Assembly: GCA_965237955.1 (NCBI GenBank)
Contig: OZ250169.1
Coordinates: 6,976,001 to 7,040,000 of the forward strand
From: Candidatus Marinacidobacterales bacterium
Lineage (GTDB): Bacteria > Acidobacteriota > Vicinamibacteria > Marinacidobacterales > SMYC01
Direction of reading: 5' to 3'
DNA: 64,000 bases
The position numbers and the translations under genes were made by a program. The notes beneath the pieces are model-generated. The model saw nothing but the letters and a program-made list of their open reading frames with translations, did no database searches and was not told where the DNA came from. Positions 62,617 to 64,000 of this stretch are shown in pieces (position 1 is the first letter of the stretch; each line of letters starts with the position of its first letter).

Positions 62617-62786
62617 TGCAACCCACATGCCACAACCAGACGGGCACATGCGTCGGTATTTCTTGCTTGTTTTCATAGACTTAGAAGTCCTGTGGAAAAA
62701 CTCCCTCGCCTCGGCGTGGTAATTAACCTACGAAGGTGACTACGGTTGGCTACAAAACCGGAAATTTTGTAGTGCACCCCGCTACA
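62617..62786 (-). promoter_or_regulatory. sigma54 promoter, IHF-like site and enhancer palindrome
   Basis: Minus strand GTGGCATGTGGGTTGCA (GG 62631-0, GC 62619-8); TTCATAGACTTAG near 62672; TGTAGTG-N5-CGCTACA at 62768-62786. Confidence 0.78.
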
Positions 62787-62811
62787 TTCATTAAGGGGTG
62801 TGTTCGGACTA

Positions 62812-64000
62812 TCAGTAAAAAGACTTGCGGTTGGACAGGAACTTCGGGGGTTCGAAGCGGCGTCCTAGCTTGTCCTGCCACTTTTTCAGGTTGTCGACGA
62901 TGCGATTCAGACCGTAGCCGTCGGCGTATCGCAACAAGCCTCCGCGGAATGGGGGGAACCCGGTGCCCATCACCATCGCGAGGTCGAGCTCGCCGGCGCT
63001 CGCCACGATCTCGTCGTCGAGACACCGCGCCGCTTCTGCAACCATGAGACCGAGGGCGCGCTCGATGAGCTCGTCCGCGGGCACCCGGCTTTCATTGCGG
63101 AGGGGATCAACTCGCGCAATCGCGAGCACGGTGGCGTCGGGGGTCTCTTTCTTGCCGGGCTTGCCGTCATAGCGATAGAAACCGCGTCCTGCCTTCTTCC
63201 CCAAACGTCCCTCGGTAACGAGCTTGTCGACGAGAGCTGACGGTTGTGTGCGCTCGCCAAACGCCGCCTTCAGAACCTTTCCCGCTTTCTGCGCCACGTC
63301 GAGCCCCACTTCATCGAGAAGTCTCAACGGCCCCATCGGCATCCCGAAGTCGACGAACGCGCGGTCGATGGCCTCGACGTTTCCGTACTCGGCGAGAAAG
63401 TGTCCCGCCTCGTTGAGGTACGGCCCCAGGATACGATTCACCAAAAACCCCGGCCCATCGTTGACGAGCACCGGAGTCTTCCCAAATCGCTTCGCGAGCG
63501 CAACGAGAGACCGAACGGTTGTATCATCCGTCTCTTTGCCGCGGATCACTTCGATGAGCGGCATGCGGTCGACGGGGTTGAAAAAGTGGAAGCCCGCCAT
63601 GCGCGCCGGATCGTCGAGGACGCTTTGCATGTCGGACACCGATAGCGTCGAGGTATTGGTGGCGATGATGCAATCCGCCGAAACGTGTGGCTCCAGCTCG
63701 CGCAAGACGCTCTTTTTGATGGCGAGGTCCTCGACGATCGCTTCGATCACGACGTCCGCGCGCCGAAAGCCAGTGAAATCGAGCGTGGTGGTGATGAGCG
63801 CCATCTTCCGATCGAGCTCCCATCGTGTCATCCCCAGCGGGCGCCGGCGTTTCCGGCGCTTTTCGAAAATATCGCGCGCCGCACGTAGTCCTTGGCCGAG
63901 CGCATCGGGGCTTATGTCCTTGAGGCGGACCGGGATGTCCACGGACGCCAGGATACGCGCAATCCCACCCCCCATCGTGCCGGCGCCGAGGAGCGCAGCG
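62812..64000 (-). CDS. 3-hydroxyacyl-CoA dehydrogenase half of a FadB/FadJ-type multifunctional enzyme (5' end outside the window)
   Basis: GAGTMGGG, EAIVED, TNTSTL, HFFNPV, PGFLVNR, GFPPFRGG. Confidence 0.93.
   Translation of the reverse strand, partial: AALLGAGTMGGGIARILASVDIPVRLKDISPDALGQGLRAARDIFEKRRKRRRPLGMTRWELDRKMALITTTLDFTGFRRADVVIEAIVEDLAIKKSVLRELEPHVSADCIIATNTSTLSVSDMQSVLDDPARMAGFHFFNPVDRMPLIEVIRGKETDDTTVRSLVALAKRFGKTPVLVNDGPGFLVNRILGPYLNEAGHFLAEYGNVEAIDRAFVDFGMPMGPLRLLDEVGLDVAQKAGKVLKAAFGERTQPSALVDKLVTEGRLGKKAGRGFYRYDGKPGKKETPDATVLAIARVDPLRNESRVPADELIERALGLMVAEAARCLDDEIVASAGELDLAMVMGTGFPPFRGGLLRYADGYGLNRIVDNLKKWQDKLGRRFEPPKFLSNRKSFY

Overview
GC-rich bacterial chromosome segment. 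The gene set (glyQS, bshA/bshB1, boxB/boxC/boxR, Hanks kinases, sigma54 activators) suggests an Acidobacteriota-like organism, which is an inference. Housekeeping and metabolic blocks: a box (aerobic benzoyl-CoA) cluster with beta-oxidation genes, a HAD-serA fusion, lpdA-lipB-E1a-E1b-E2-lipA, bshB1-bshA, and aspS-phoH-HD-ybeY-corC-era-mgtE-recO-glyQ-glyS-mutL. Accessory content: (1) a ~2200-aa DUF2341/LamG/beta-helix/C25 (gingipain-like) gene with a sigma54 promoter, split by an IS200 element and preceded by an exact 192-bp copy of part of its own C25 domain; (2) a kinase/sigma54-activator/ECF signalling island with a candidate sigma54-driven structured sRNA, whose enhancer palindrome recurs before a 70-aa ORF 26 kb away; (3) a Cyc2-like cytochrome-porin; (4) several cassettes bounded by inverted short-tandem-repeat arms, two of which carry the same ~125-bp cargo. 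Many single-base frameshifts probably reflect long-read assembly error. I saw no rRNA, tRNA or CRISPR array.
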